From Tubiluchus corallicola (Eukaryota > Animalia > Priapulida): a DNA stretch of 64,000 nucleotides. Numbering within the stretch: position 1 is the first letter of the stretch; each line of letters opens with the position of its first letter. The translations under genes were made by a program, and so were the position numbers. The notes beneath the pieces are model-generated. The model made no database searches, had not been told where the DNA came from, and saw nothing but the letters and a program-made list of their open reading frames with translations. The DNA lies in assembly GCA_030141605.1 (NCBI GenBank), contig JAQGDQ010000111.1, forward strand, positions 124,001 to 188,000, written 5' to 3'. Below are positions 49,529-64,000 of this stretch, piece after piece.

Positions 49529-52500
49529 CGTGAGCTCCTGTTTGCTTCAATTAGGTTAGAAAACAATGAAGCCAAGTTAGCAGTTGTAACAAGGTGGCGG
49601 CTAGGTAAAAAAGAAGAAAATGCAATGCAAGCAGGAACAAACTTGACAAAAATGATGATGATGTTGTTGATGATAGTGTTGTTTCTGTTGTTGTTGTTGT
49701 TGTTGCTGCTGTTCTTAATACAGATGATGGTGATAATGCTGTTGATGGCAATGTGTTGTTTTTGTTATTATTGTTAGCTACTATTGTTGTTGAAACGTAA
49801 TAACTAGTATGGTGATGATGGAGTGGTGAATAGCGACGATGCTGCTGCTGTTGCTGAGAGTGGTGGTAATGTTAACAACAGAAACAGTTGTGGTAACGAT
49901 GAGGATGGTGATAATGACAAGGACTTATGTGGTAATGAATGAGTTCTTAACCACAATTATGTAAATGTGGTAAATCATTTACATGATGGTCGCCCTAGTG
50001 ATGTCTCATCTTTTTCTCTCTTTTCCTTTTTCTTCTTCCTAAATGCTTGTATTTCTCAAGTCGTACAAATCCGGTGATTCAATCACTCACTGACTCGTGG
50101 GCTCACTTCCTTACTTTATGCGTCACACTTTTCAACTCTGAAAGTGTTATCCAGTTGAGTGGAAATATGTAGCATTATCAGTTAGGATGGCCTTTGTTCA
50201 AAACAAATATTTGTAGCAATTCTTTAATTAATTACTTAATTAACTAGAACTATTTAATTAGTTAATTCTAAATTGACATTAGTGTGTGGTAATAAAAATA
50301 TACTTAAAACCTCATCCGAAATTTCGGGTTAATTATTTCGTCAAATGTTATAAAAGAGAATACTTTTCTTCGAGGCCGTATGTCGATAGTAATTAAAAAT
50401 GCAACTTTTAGCCGCAACGGGCGAGAGAGTAAACAATTTCCCTGAACAAAGGCGCACCGTATTTGGCTTCTCCACGCATCCATTCTTCCCTCTCACGAAA
50501 CTATTTTTATTTAAAGGCAGTTTATTTGCATGATGCGTTTTGCGTTGTTTGCATTAATTTCGCTCCATCATTCACGGTGTTGCGGAATCGTGCCGAGGAC
50601 ATGTTGTCATTGCGTTTTTGCGCGCAGTGGATTATTGTTTGTCTGAGGGGTCCCGTTATTTACATTTACTTAAACGCATTATGTATTTCATCTGCACATG
50701 ATAATGCAACTCTTGTCAGAATAGAGGCAGATTGGCTGTTCCACACTGTGCTATCACCCCCTACTCTTTCACGTATACCAACGGGATATATTTGTCGTAA
50801 TCAAATATCATGTCAAATATCATGTGTTCGGCATTGCCGTTTATTATGTGTATTCCGATAAGCAGTTGTGCAATGTATATTGTATTACGTATGTATAAAT
50901 TATGTAATGTATATAGCTTATATATATTTTGACATGCAGTATATAACGTATAAGACAGTATAATATATGCATTTAAGTATATACAAATAATGTAATGTAT
51001 TTAGCTTCATGAGGTTTCTTGTATATAATATACACATTATATTACTTAACCTCCCTTGACTAACCTGTTCATCTAATTGCATTCTTCTCTATACACACCC
51101 TAATTTTGTAGTTTGCCTTATCTTGCCCAACCCTTTCTCCCTATCAATGTTGTGGATACAAGATTTTCTTTCAGCACACATTGAATTATTTTATTGTAAG
51201 GCAATTAGTATGCCATTTTGTTATTATTGTTAACTATCATTTAATGTACAATGCTTTTTGTGAAAAATAAAATCTAAGCTAATGTAATCTAACCTAAGTA
51301 CTACTCTAAATCTTTGTGTGAGAAGAATTTGTTACGTGCATCTGTTGACTCTTTAGTACTTTTTGTTCTGTTCTTTGGGCTGGATTTCTTGGACCGTTTA
51401 ATTTCAAATAGCCACATGACCAACTGCAAGGCCAGAATCATTGTCGCCATCATGAACTTGAATATGGCCGGCCACAGTAAAATACTCAAACGCCCCACTC
51501 TGTTACATGCCTCAGTCATTGACGTTGATAACTTTACTACTATCACTGCTGCTGTTGCTTCAGACGGCGGTGCTTGTTGCACCAGCATCGACAGTGTCGT
51601 CATGGACGTCCCACGAAACCACTTTCATTTTGTTTTGCCCTCGTAGTCCGATCGCATGTTAACAGCACATGGCTTCATCGTGTTTTAGGCTGCTTTCCAC
51701 GACCGTTCATAGACAAAATTATAGTTGGGTCTATGACGACGATGGTGATGACGATGATTATGGTGATAATAGTAATGAACATTGCTGGTGATTAGAATGT
51801 TTAACAATAAAATAAAATAAGTCTGACCAGGCGTTTCCAGGCTAAAAATAACAGATGAAGATGGTTGCTTGCACGGGGAGGGTGCACAATAAACGGAACG
51901 ATTGATTCGCAAGCACTTGCAGCAATATTATAGCAAAAAGCTGTTTTCATTTGATGTTTACCCTTGCTCCCATTTGAGTGCTCCATTCACCAAGCGCTCT
52001 AAATCCATCTCTTTCTGAGTTTTTACCCGGAATTGCCATGGGAGGGCGCTTTATCACTAGCTATTTGTTATTGTCGGGGTTTGCCTGCAGCTAACCTATG
52101 ATCGCTATTCCTTTTTGTATCTATGAACCATAAAAGTAATTAAGTGGTTGTCCATAGGTATCCATGTCCATCAATTGGCATGAGAGCTAAGTAAAAAAAC
52201 GTATTACTTCCCACTACTGTAACTAAAAAATGAAGAGATTTTATTCTGTACTTTAAAGTTTAAATTTTGAACAGAGAATAACAGAGCAACTGAATTGTAT
52301 TTACGTTTATATTTCGCCAAAAACATTGTAATTTCCATCATCACACAAGCCCCCCAAAAAGATAAGTGCCAGCCTTGTTTTTGTTTCAGTACACAGATTT
52401 TGCCTGAAAAACTGCAACTCTTTTACTTTTATAATTAATTTGCATTTCTTGAAAGCACTATCTATATATGCTACACACGCGTTTAGTACAGCCCTTGATA

Positions 52501-53666
52501 TACCGTATTTTTTGTAGATTGACTGTTGTATGTGTTTAATTTTTGTAACAGTTGAGTAACTAACTATTCGTAGCGGGCTATTGTAGTAGCTGGAATTACT
52601 GGATTAGAAGTTACAACTTTTCAGATTAGACTGGCTCGCCACTACGTTGATAGTTGGATAACTTTGGTGTCCCTGTGTTAAAATAGCGCGTAATTATTTT
52701 TTGAACTGTTTATAGACAAAAGAAAGTTCAATTCAAGTTCAAATGTTGAATATATGAATGTATTATGAGGAATTTTGCGCAGTATTGATTGCTTTAGGTG
52801 CGTAATTTAAGAAGCCGCCATTACACGTGAAATCTTATTTGTTTAATACTCGCTGATTATGCTGATTATGCTGCTTGCATATTATTTTCCTGGGAAACAC
52901 TCTTTCTGTGCGTATTTTCCGTAATTAATTACATGTAGTTGTAAGGATTTATCCATTAACGGTGGATCACGTAAATAAAAAGCGTTAATTATTTGCTGTC
53001 GAGATAAATGTAACAGCAATAGGGTTTCCATTTTCCCCAGTTAATCAAATTATCTTTAATTTAATCGGGCGACTGTTTATTATTTACCGTATTTACTTTT
53101 AGATAGATAGTTTGTTTAATTGTTAGTTAGGATAGATTTAGTATTTTAATTTATAATGCTAATGTGATTAGTTAATTTAGGCGTGCTGCGTAACGTTTTG
53201 GCTGCACGTACACGAAACCTTATGAAACACTAACTTGTTATTGTTGTTGTTGCTGCAGCAGCTGTGACTTTTTGTGCGAGTATTATCGTTATTGCGGTGG
53301 CTGAAACCACCTCTGATATATTTCATTTTATTGCATTTTTTTGTAAGTACTTGGGATTTTTTAACGAAATATGTCCTATGCTCTCATTTGGATAGATCGA
53401 GTTTGCTCTTATGTTGAATATGCCTTAAAGGACAAGAAAAGGAGTACCTGAACTAGGTTTCAGAAAAATCGCCTTAAAATTTTATAACTTTATAGCAATT
53501 AAAAGGAATTTTTGTTTGTTTTCATTTTAAATCTCCCGCATTACCGTTCAGATGGCGCCATTACATGACGTCACCTACTCAAACGTAAATCAGGTGAAGA
53601 AAAGGTAATGTTAAACTATGTCACAAAAAACTTTCCATGCAAATCTATATTACTTAGTATTTCGCT

Positions 53667-53668
<2 letters not shown>

Positions 53669-53716
<48 letters not shown>
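53669..53716. repeat. (TA)n microsatellite
   Basis: Read directly from the sequence. Confidence 0.9.
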
Positions 53717-56700
53717 AATTCTTTATTTGTCATTAAAAATGGCTCACTCATTACAATAAAATTGAGTAATCCTCAGCGTAATGTTAAAAACAACACTGTT
53801 CAAGACAAATGCGTCCAGTGCATACTAAAAAAAACTAAAGTGTAAAACTAAGGCCTAATTATATACAATAAATGAACATATTTACAAACACAATATTAAA
53901 ATATTTTTACAAAACAATATTACAAAAAAAACATTAAATTTTACAAGACATATTTTACACTATATATACATTTCACATGACACAACAGAAACATGTTTTA
54001 CATTACATAATTTTTTTTTAATTTTACATTTTTAATCATTTTATGGAGTTAGGGGCGGGGGTAGATGAAAATTGAGTCTGTGTAATTAGTATCAGATGCA
54101 CAATGTGGAAGTTGAAACCTGTTATATTGATATTCTTTATGAAAGACCTGCTTGAAAGACTTATGTAACTAGAAGTAATAATTTAAAATGGTATTTCGTC
54201 CAATTGTCAGATATCGCTGGCTCCAGGGTGCGATGTTCAAACTTCACACACTGTTATCTAAACATGTTTTTAACTACCTACCATTAAAATGGCTGCGCCT
54301 AACAGTCATCGCAGAGTTTAAATTTACAAGTTTTATACAGCGTTACTGCCGACGCAAGCCCTGCATGCAAAAAAGCATATATATAAGTGATATAAAATTT
54401 CAAGACGAATTTTGTAAGCTTTATGTAAGTGGAGGTTTTTTTGTGCTTTAAATTTTATGTTTTCAGTGCCTATTTTTATGTTTTCTGTGGTATGTATGAT
54501 TCCCATCGACAAAAGTTCCTGCTCCCTTGAAACCCAGTGTTTTCAAGAAATAGGGAAAAAACAAATGTATTCAATTATTGTTTGTTGTTGAATAGGCAAT
54601 TAGATAGAAGGGTAAAGGTGACAGCTCCGCAGTTTTACCTGTAGATGACAGCACCTTTGCCTAGACGATTATCAGTAGTAACTGTTGGAGTGGTTGTCGT
54701 GCCATTTTATTCTTAAAAGTCACATTGTTTTAAAGAGAAATAAATGAAATGGATTGTAGTATTGTTAAAGCCATGCGTTCATGATGTGCTGCTACCTATG
54801 ATTTCATATATACGAGTAAAGGTGACTCTTTAAGGACTATGTGACCCGGGAAACAACCGGATTTTATTTGTCGTTTTCCAGCCTCGTCTCGCACATCACT
54901 GCAGTGCCTCTGTATTGTTTTCTAAACAAACAGCGGTAAAGGCATTGTGTGTGTGCGAGTGAGTGCCAGGGTAAATTCTACAAAAAAAACTTACGCAACT
55001 GAAGCGTTTTTGTTTAAGAGTCACTCCTAGATCCTGCTGCCTGTTACTCTTCTCTGTTTACTGATAATGTAGCGTGGTTTTGCTTGGTTGCTCCGGGGTA
55101 AAGATTGCCCGGCTACCAGAGCGTTCTTCCAACCCACAAAGTTGACGGTTCGATTCGTCAAAAATCTGATATGTTATTCTGACACTGGTCTCTTACTTGT
55201 TTGGATGTTAGCAGCCGTTTTGTTCAAATATAGAAAGGCCCTGCATGCGAAGAGTTCCGCTATTGATGCTGGAGTTTGTCGGCCAGCAAGGTAGGCTCAC
55301 GTTAAAGTAGTTGTTATAATTGTAATCTATTTTATCTTTTGTTCACTGTGAGCATATATATAATTTGCACAGTTTGCGTGAAAATTATTCGTCTCCACTG
55401 GTACTCGAACTTGGATCTTCAGCAATTTGTAACTTATTTTGTTATGTTATTCTAACCTGCAAGCACTGAATAGTTGTTAAAATTAATAAAAAATACACAG
55501 CAGAGACTATTATTATTACCTTCAGTACCACGTTTTAAAAAATATGGGGTTTCTGAATATTTGTATGATTTTTATTCTTGATTTACTAAAGGGGATTTGG
55601 TATAAGTTCAGCCATTAGAAATTATTACTAAGGCTCACTTTTTGAGCCCAAAATTTAATAAGTAAAACAATTTAGTTTCTAAGTGTAGTTTTCTGTTAAA
55701 TGGACTTGAACTTCATTTTTGAGAATCATAATTTTTTCTTTTTTTGTGCATAGTTGTAAATATGTTTGATTTTTTTCGTCGTTACTTTCCATTACTGCAC
55801 AGTAGTTTAGATTACATTGACGCATTTGCCTTTAACAGTGTAAGTTTTTATTAAATAAAGATGAAAAAAGTTAAATAGTCTTACAGTCATGCCTTTTCCG
55901 AATTATTTTCTGTTCCATTATTTCACGCTTCACGATTAAAACTATAGGTTTTTGCACATAGAAGTGGAACCGATAATTGTTGACATTTTTGATGCCTATA
56001 CTTTTGTCTGGAATATTCAGTAGGCGTTTAGTCATGTTAATGGGTCGCAGAACTATAGTGACATTAGGCCTATACAAAATTGTACTGCCCCTGGGAAGGT
56101 AAGAATTATTACAAAGAAACAATCAGCCTGGGAATTTGAGTAGTGATATTATAATTTATATAATATACTTTTGTTATTTATTTGACTCATTAGTGTAAAA
56201 ATCGATAACTGAACTTGGCCAGATTTGCAGCTGTGGGGAAGAAAAATGGAAAAGGTGTGACGCAGCTGCGCCCTCTGTGTGAAGATGCATGACAGTCTAC
56301 GTTTGATTTGTTTCTGGGACAGCAAGAGATTGAATGTTGTCGCTTCATCGTGATTATCATTCACTTAGCGTCTTGCACTTTAAGATTTCTGTAAAATGTA
56401 AATTTTACCAATACTGTAGTAGGCATTTCAAAAGAGTAAGCCTGCAACAGCCGATAACAGCCGTTAACTGAACAATTTCGATCTCCTGGTGTTTTAAAAC
56501 GTTATATTTGTGCTTTATTATCATAACACTTTCTCTTGTTCCATTTCTTGAAACCATCTTTTATTAGTCAGTTTGTTTAGCATGAAGATTATGCCAGTCA
56601 GCATTTTAAATGTTCTGTACCATTATGTTTATGTTTTACTTTAATTTATTGTCCACTTTTATGGTGAAGACTTTCTAATGCTCCGAATCAAACAAATCGA

Positions 56701-59329
56701 AAGTGTTTTTCGCTTTCATTTTCCGACTTTAGATTAACATCCTCTTTAGAATTGCTTAATATATAATGTGCCACTTGTTTGGGAGAGAAATTTCGTGCCC
56801 TTAATTCTGTTTTATTCTCGAGTTTTAATCAGTTTAATTCAATCGCTGTTTTTCCGCGCTAAAATGGTTCTTGTAATCTTTATGTCGACCCAATTTAATT
56901 ATTTTTAACTTTTTCAATTGTTATTATTGTGCCATGTTATTTGCAAACATTTCTGGTAAGCTGCTCATGAAAGAGAAATGCTAGAATAACAGTCTTTCGG
57001 GGCTTAAATCCTCAATTTTTGCTTGTCAAAACAGTGGTGCGCTGAGTTACTGTTCAGGAGGGGTGGAACGCGTTAGTTAAACGCATTACAAATCTGGGAA
57101 ATCTTCGTCAGAACGCTGTGTCCATTAGTTCAAAGAAATGCTACTGATATATATATATATGTTCGCATTAACCCATTAATAAAGCACACAGTACAATTCA
57201 GTTAACTGCAGAATTTCAAGCTTTAATCCTTAGAGATGATCTTACTTAGGCCAAAGGTGTTGAAAAACACGTTCAAATAAAGCGTAATAATTTTCAAGAT
57301 AAAAAATGCATATGTATCCAAAAATTGGCCCATTTTGACTGGTGGTATAAACTTATGGACGCTCTGATGGTGCAACTTCTAGAGTTCTCTAAAAATATAA
57401 GTTACGTTTATTGTGTCGTTTCATTAATTGGGAAATTAGTTCTGACAATGGACAATCCAAATGCTTAAAATCCCAATATGTCACTGGTGTGTGCAGCTTC
57501 CGTTTTGTCAGCATTGTCTGAGACAAATTGGAAACTAAAAATCAAAATCAGCTGTTGTCTTCCAACTGGTCTCTGACTGTGCTGATGTTTGATAGTAGGC
57601 CGTGATTAAAGTCTTCGTACGAATACACCATTGTATAGCCTGAGAATAAATGTTATACAACATTGTTATTGTATGTTTTACTTTTATGGCGTATGCATTA
57701 TATATATGTATATAGTTGGAGGAAATGTAACGAACGCACATTTAAGCAAGCATGGTGGAAAAAACAGAAGGAAGAACACGCGAACCATTGAGCAAAAACG
57801 ACTACAGGGCCTAATTTAATGATTTTGGTGACATACTTGATCACAATTTTTCGTGGAGTGTATAAAATTAATCATTTTTTAATTGTCTTAATGTCCTTTA
57901 TGTCGAAAAATATTAGCTGTACTTTACTTGGTGTTTTTTCTTTGCATGATTATGACAGTTTAAGTTTGTTATAGTATCTCAAATATCTCAAATTGCTCAA
58001 GGTGACAGAAGGCCACCCTCAATATTCTTAAAGGGGATCATGAGAACCTGATAAGACCACTGAGAAAAAACTTACACCGAAAATGCAAGGTTCAACCCAC
58101 CGGTTGCCAGATTATTCGCTTTAAGCTTACATGAATTGTATGCACGGTGTATTTCAGTGCAAGACTTTATAAACGTGTGCAACATATTATATGCAAAAAT
58201 ACTTGATAAGCATCGAGTATCTCTAAGTAGGTTTCAAAATTCCAATCCCCAAGACCTTCTTTAGCATCAAAAAATAAATTACACTGAATTAAAAGCATGG
58301 TGCGTTTCAAAACAAGATTGCGTGTTTTGACTCGGTTCAGGATTTAATACGGGCGTGATTTGTTGTTTTAAAATGAATTCAATGCAGCCGGTTTTTGTAA
58401 TTATGTATCCGTGTACAAGGTCGATGGATTGGATAATCAGTGAAGAATAAACAAACAAACGAACCTCTCTTCTAGCATTGTTTTCATCACATCGGTCCTT
58501 TGATCATGGCTGAGTTCTTTTGATGAAGCCGAAAAATCATTGCATAATTAGATTAATTTGATAAAGTTTCCTTGCAGTGTTTGTTTTTTCATATCATGTG
58601 TTATTGTGTTTGCACAATGCAGGCGGTACATATACAAATTTGTAGGGAACTCTATGTTTTAGATAGATCTAAAAATAACACTTGCTTTGCGCATTGATAT
58701 TATTAATTGAAGTTGAGAATTATAAGAAACATTAGTAAGAATTGTTTCAGTCTCATTTTCATTTTGCTCTAATGTTATTCCGCGAATTCAGCTAAAATGC
58801 TCATCAACACAATCTGTTTTTTGCTACTTGTTATTCCAAGATACCAATGTTGATCCCGTTACACCCTTCATTTGTTAGAGAACATAGAAACTCCTTAGAA
58901 AGTACTTACCTGTACAAATAAAAAAGTCCTAATAATATCTTTTGAAATTACACATAAGTTGATTCATTAGAAGTCAAATAGGAGGGTGCTGTTAATAAAG
59001 TTAATAGATGTTAAATAATATTTTAGGCCTATATATTAATGTAGGCCTAAACATTAAAACTCGCTATAATCTGAGGTGAAAAATAGATTAAAGATAAAAC
59101 ATGCATTGTGTTTATGTCGTACAAGCACGCGCTACATTTTGTAGGCTAATGTAGTTCGGGTAATCAGTGGAATGCAGGCCACTAAGCCCGATTTCGGGTT
59201 GGGTTGGATCGGGTAAATGTCGTATCAGGGTTTGGTTGGTCGGTATCGAAAAACTTCTCGTTATGCATAAAGGCTTTGGTTCCTCAGCCGGTCAGCTCGT
59301 TGTTCCTAACATGTCAGTAGAATGTCCAA

Positions 59330-59670
59330 CCTTGATTTTTCAACCCATTGATCTCGCATTGTCTTGACTTGCTTGATTAAGACATTGATTCCTCAACTTT
59401 TTGATTCCGGTATTCCGCAGATTCGCTTAGACATTAAGGCCTTGATTTCTCAGCTTAGTGATATTTTGTTGACTCCTCATTAAGGTCTTAATTTATCGAC
59501 TCATTGATTATAGCATTCCATTGACTCACTAGGCGTAAGGCCTTGATTCTTCAACTCACCGATTCCAGCATTCCACTGATTCGCTTAAACATTCAGGCCT
59601 TAACTACTCGGCTCAATGATATTCTGTTGACTCATTATCAAGGACTGATTGTAGTTGATTCCTCAGCCCA
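59330..59670. repeat. Degenerate minisatellite (CCTTGATT..TCAAC..TTGAT...TTAAGG units, ~50-55 bp)
   Basis: Recurring CTTGATT / TTGACTC / CATTAAGG blocks. Confidence 0.65.
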
Positions 59671-60342
59671 TTGTATTCGGTTTCTTTGGAACTTCATTGA
59701 ATTAGTTAAGTTATGAGTTGTAGATTATTTGGCTTCAGGTGTGTAGAAATAAATCATCTTTAGACGTAGATATATTTTTTATTATATACTTCTCTTTACG
59801 AATGACCTAACTATTTCGTCTTAACTTGTATTGAACCAATACGTAAAAGGGAGATTTTTAAGTTTTCAACCAAGTTAAATTTTGTATGCTTGTTCATTCT
59901 CATATACACAGTGTACGAAAACTGACTCTGCTCTAAAATTATTCCTCCTAGGTCTGCTAGCACCTTCAATGCTTCAACATCTACTGGTCTAGCTTCCTGC
60001 AGTTGATAGAGCATTCATTGAGCATTTGATTTAAAAACTTGAAGGACTGCTGCTTCAAGCACATGTTCTTTCATTAATGACTTACGGTGTCTCCTGTTTG
60101 CCGTTTTTTGCTGGTTAACCTGTTGGCTTAAGACGCTGGTGTTTTCCTTCTGTAAGACGCTGGTCGTAGAAAGCGGGAAATTTTTACCATCACAATGACA
60201 ACTCATTCTGCTCGGGACTGCCAACGTCAAAAATCAATATTTTGTTTAGAGATTTGCTGTAGTTGGGCTCTCCGTTCGACGGGTTCAAATCTTGGCCGTA
60301 CTTGTTTGTGTTGTTTATAGATAAGACGGTTTAGTAAGATTT

Positions 60343-60361
60343 GAGAGAGAGGGAAGGATGG

Positions 60362-60406
<45 letters not shown>

Positions 60407-60543
60407 CGCGAGAGAGCGAGAGAGCGAGAGAGAGCGAGAGAGAGCGAGAGAGAGAGAGAGGAGAGAGCGAGAGTGAGAGAGTGTGAGAGAGCGAGAGAGA
60501 GAGAGAGAGGGAGACAGAGTGAAAGAGAGAGAGAGAGAGAGAG
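60343..60543. repeat. Compound (GA)n/(GAGC) polypurine microsatellite
   Basis: Read directly from the sequence. Confidence 0.9.
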
Positions 60544-63500
60544 GTTCGTAGTCATCTTTTGTAGATTAGAAGTATTAACACGTAGCTAGTTGTACTTATA
60601 ATGGCGGTGGTCGTCTTCATTACTACCCACGTGGCTTCGTGGCTTTGGTTACCTTCCAACTATATGTTATGGGATCTTGTTAATAAGTCTGTACTTAGTA
60701 TAGAAAACCTTCTTTACTTCTCATTTTTACGTACTACTGGAAAACCTTCTTTACTTCTCATTTTTACTTATTACTGACTAATAATTTTTGCGTTTCAGAG
60801 GTTGGGTATTATCATATCAATTTGGGAGACGGTTTTTCACCTGTGCAGCCCTCCCCCACAGAAATTACTGCGTGCACTGTTTTCTAAAAACCCGTTGTTA
60901 TTATTGTGGTGGCGTTGTTTATTTTACTGGGCGCTGATGCAAGCTCGGCTAAGGTGGTTGTTTATTTTACTCTCAGCTGATGCAAGCTCAGCTAAGGTGA
61001 TTACGCGCGAATAATGCGCGAAAATATTTTCATTTCTTGGCACGGAATGCAGGCTGTTATCCCTAGCATCGCTCGCTGGTTGTCACGCCAGGTCTCACAA
61101 CACCTTTACTGGTTACCTGTGTTTCATGACTGCACGGGTAGTGTTATAATGTCCTTGCGCGCCAGAGTTATTTTCTCAAAATACTAAAACACCTGTTTAA
61201 AGTTGTCTGAATTTTTAATTTAACATTTTCTTACTGGGTGTTATATAATTATTTAATCGAACGTGATCCGATTACGTGTGCAAAAGTGATTTTATTTAGT
61301 GCAAGAATTTTTGTTGGCTTTTTAATGTATGTGCAAATCATAGATATCAGCACACGAAAAAAAACAGACGCCTGCAAGGTACAATATCCAGGAACCACGC
61401 TAAAAATGCGAGTTTTCCTGCAGTAGAGAGAGATCCCTTAATGATGCGTGAGTCATGCCGCTAGATGGAGTTGAATCTGAGCTGGAAGTGAGTTTTTTCA
61501 GTTGTAGTGTTTTGTTGCATTTTCTTATTTCAATCACTTCATTTAAACAGAATCACAAAAAGTCTGTCATTCTGTAAAATCAAAATGAATAGTAAATAAA
61601 AGACGGTTTTCATTGTTACTGTTTTTTGTCATTGTGATAATTACAAAATTTAATATCGTTTTTGTTAAACCATGGATCTATTGTTGTTTTTAGGCACGTC
61701 ATATTTGGTTAGTATCTATAGTGAGAGCTGCATTTACAGCTTTAATAAACCTTTTCACAGTTTCGTTTTGCGTACCCGCAGTTGCTGTAGGTCACAGGTT
61801 AAGTGTACCACAGCAACGCGTCTTAACTACAACCGTCACGTGACATATGTGTAAAGCAAAGCCGGCTGCCACATCAGTTCAGTAACTTTAGTTCTTTTAC
61901 GTGGACTTTACTTAATTATGCATTGGTCTGTGTGCAGAGTGATTTACTAGCAGGACCTTGCTTAGGAACAAGAAAAAATGAACTAGGTAAGGTTCTAACT
62001 AGCTGTTAAAGCTGTTAGTATTACAGCAGCATGGGCTGCGAAGCGTTGTCAAGTGTATACAAATGCGTTGTCTGGTACACTTAACCTTTGAACTTTTCAC
62101 GATCATCATCCCTCACTGGAACCGTGAAAAGGCTTATTGTGAAACAAACTATATATTTTTTCGAGTACTTTGCTTTAGCATAGTAATGTTTTCGTAATAA
62201 AAGTATTCCCATAAACTAGAATTCTCACAATTTTCATAACTGTGTTCTAACACTATGGATTACCCGTTGTCTAACCACAGTAAAGTCGGTTTGTAATAGA
62301 CATGGTTATTTTTGTTTGCTATATGTTATGTCCGTGACGTGACAGGCATTGTTTACCTTGGTATTAGCCGTCTTAATCGTGTTTTAATCGTGACATGAAC
62401 GCTCTTTGCCAGTATCTTGCAATTACACCCACAACCCTTACTCCATGAAAATGCATAGTTATAACAGTAACAATTATACTTGATGGTTTGAATGAGTAAG
62501 GCATACTTGGAAGCAGGAATTCCGATGGTGTTATATCATTTATTGTTGTTAGCAAAGACTCTATTATTTGGGAATTTGTGTTTAATTCGAGCTTTTGGCC
62601 TAACTGGATTTAGGCCAAGCTGCCTACATAGAGATTTTAATTCTAGGTATTAGATATTTCATGCCTATACTTATCACGAGTGTGTCGAGTGTGCATCACG
62701 ACTGCATTTAGCGCGGATAAATTGCAGAATTTAATGCTTTTTCAAAACATCAATGATTTCATATCCTGTTAAAATCGATGTTAACTGTTTTTGATTGGTT
62801 TCTGCGAAACCACTGCGTCCAGCCCCAAATACATATCTCATAACAGGGGAAACTTGCGCATAACCCGGAATGGGGGTAATATTGTTTTCCATTCGGATTT
62901 TTCTAATTAAATTCGGCGACCATTTCGCATGATTACGGCTGAGAAAACGAGACAAAGAAGATATAACCGCGTCTCGTTTTGCAAAACAACGACTGGAGTT
63001 TATCAATAAAGATGTTTCCTCAAAGATTTCATATGCGTGATTATAACATGATTTGCATTGTTGATTTTTCGCTTGCTTCATGCACGAAGGCGTATTCGTG
63101 ACAGAAGCTTGGGCGCCATTTCCGTAGGTGGCGGCAGCACAGTGGGTCACCGAGTGACGTTCTGGTCACATCTTGTGCCGGCACTTTTTAAGAGCACCTT
63201 GTACCTACTTATTCCAGAATTATTGCATTAAAACTGCAGTATTGTGCTCAAGCGGAACAATTGTGCTTTCCAGAATTTAACACTAAAATTTTTTAATGTT
63301 TAGTGGCTTTTCTATCTCGTAAAAGACGGCTAAAATGGCGACTGTCTTTAGAGCTTAATTGTTTCTACATCTTCTATGCATTATTCTTTCCCTTTTATTT
63401 GTCACATATAAGGAATCCGAATACAAATCCTTATTTTCGAACATACCACAAAAATTTGGTATAAGTTACAGTGTCTGCTTGTATTGAGAAGACATCGTAC

Positions 63501-64000
63501 TACAAGATAGTGAGATAGTGCTGCCGCCTACTAAACGGAATTCTAGGGTAACAATACTGGGAGTGTTTTCTTGCGATTAATGTTTGATGATTGTCAAACA
63601 TTAATTTTTTTAATAATAATTATGATGAATTTTGTTAGCTTTGTGCTTTGCTTGATGTTGAAATGCTAAGAAAACATATCAAAAACCAACACTGCCGGCC
63701 GCAAATGCGTTAATCGCTTCATTATTGCAGTTTTGTTGAACCATTAAAATCTCACTTTTCCCTCTAATTTGTTTTCGCTGTTGCCAGGCTCAGGGTCGAC
63801 AAAACATTTTATTTTTACAAATGATGCGTCATTGTTTTTAAACCAAACGCTGAATTATAGAGTTTTGAAATTAGTATTATTTTGTGCAAGCTGCAAAGTG
63901 TTTTTGTACACTTGTTGCTTTGTCATACTTTGCTAGGCATTGGCGTTCAGTTGTGTTCATTTTAAGGCAACTGAAATAGAGGTGAGCAATGGTGTTTCGA

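Noticed and set aside
51301-51986. Overlapping 60-110 aa ORFs on both strands
   Set aside because: No recognisable homology or exon boundaries; partly simple repeats.
60703-60767. 28-bp direct repeat (and the 29-bp repeat at 17164-17227) as CRISPR-like arrays
   Set aside because: Only two units with 6-9-nt spacers, in eukaryotic context with no cas genes; these are ordinary local duplications.
63138-63144. CACAGTG as an RSS heptamer or Transib TIR
   Set aside because: No nonamer at 12/23 spacing and no matching opposite TIR or transposase in view.
62731-63150. 139-aa minus-strand ORF
   Set aside because: No recognisable motif; the CpG-rich sequence is more likely a non-autonomous DNA transposon interior, but its ends could not be defined.

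Overview
AT-rich genomic DNA from an invertebrate animal. The spliceosomal introns, SINE/LINE/MITE content and a 5S sequence resembling mollusc/annelid 5S suggest a lophotrochozoan (inference). No prokaryotic systems are present. Two complete genes sit head-to-head with 336 bp between their start codons: CCDC51/MITOK (minus strand, 2 exons, 349 aa) and ALG12 (plus strand, 8 exons, 489 aa, with a GT-AG U12-type minor intron at 11429-12623). From about 20.3 kb the window appears to hold the 5' part of an unidentified large-intron plus-strand gene (candidate exons 20409-20587, 30019-30108, 37020-37145). The rest is repeat-rich non-coding DNA. The most notable elements are: (1) a TSD-flanked SINE made of a near-full 5S rRNA head, an RTE-LINE-derived 3' end still encoding SRIGLLSHNRRC, and a (CAA)n tail; (2) an older second 5S-related SINE family; (3) nine co-oriented TCACATTTATAAGG-like motifs at 17.1-18.7 kb; (4) a 2.3-kb segment bounded by ~97% identical 159-bp inverted repeats with four co-oriented CTCF-like motifs inside; (5) several MITEs, hairpins and a Proto2/RTE-X-like LINE remnant. 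All family assignments come from motif recognition by eye; no database searches were run.
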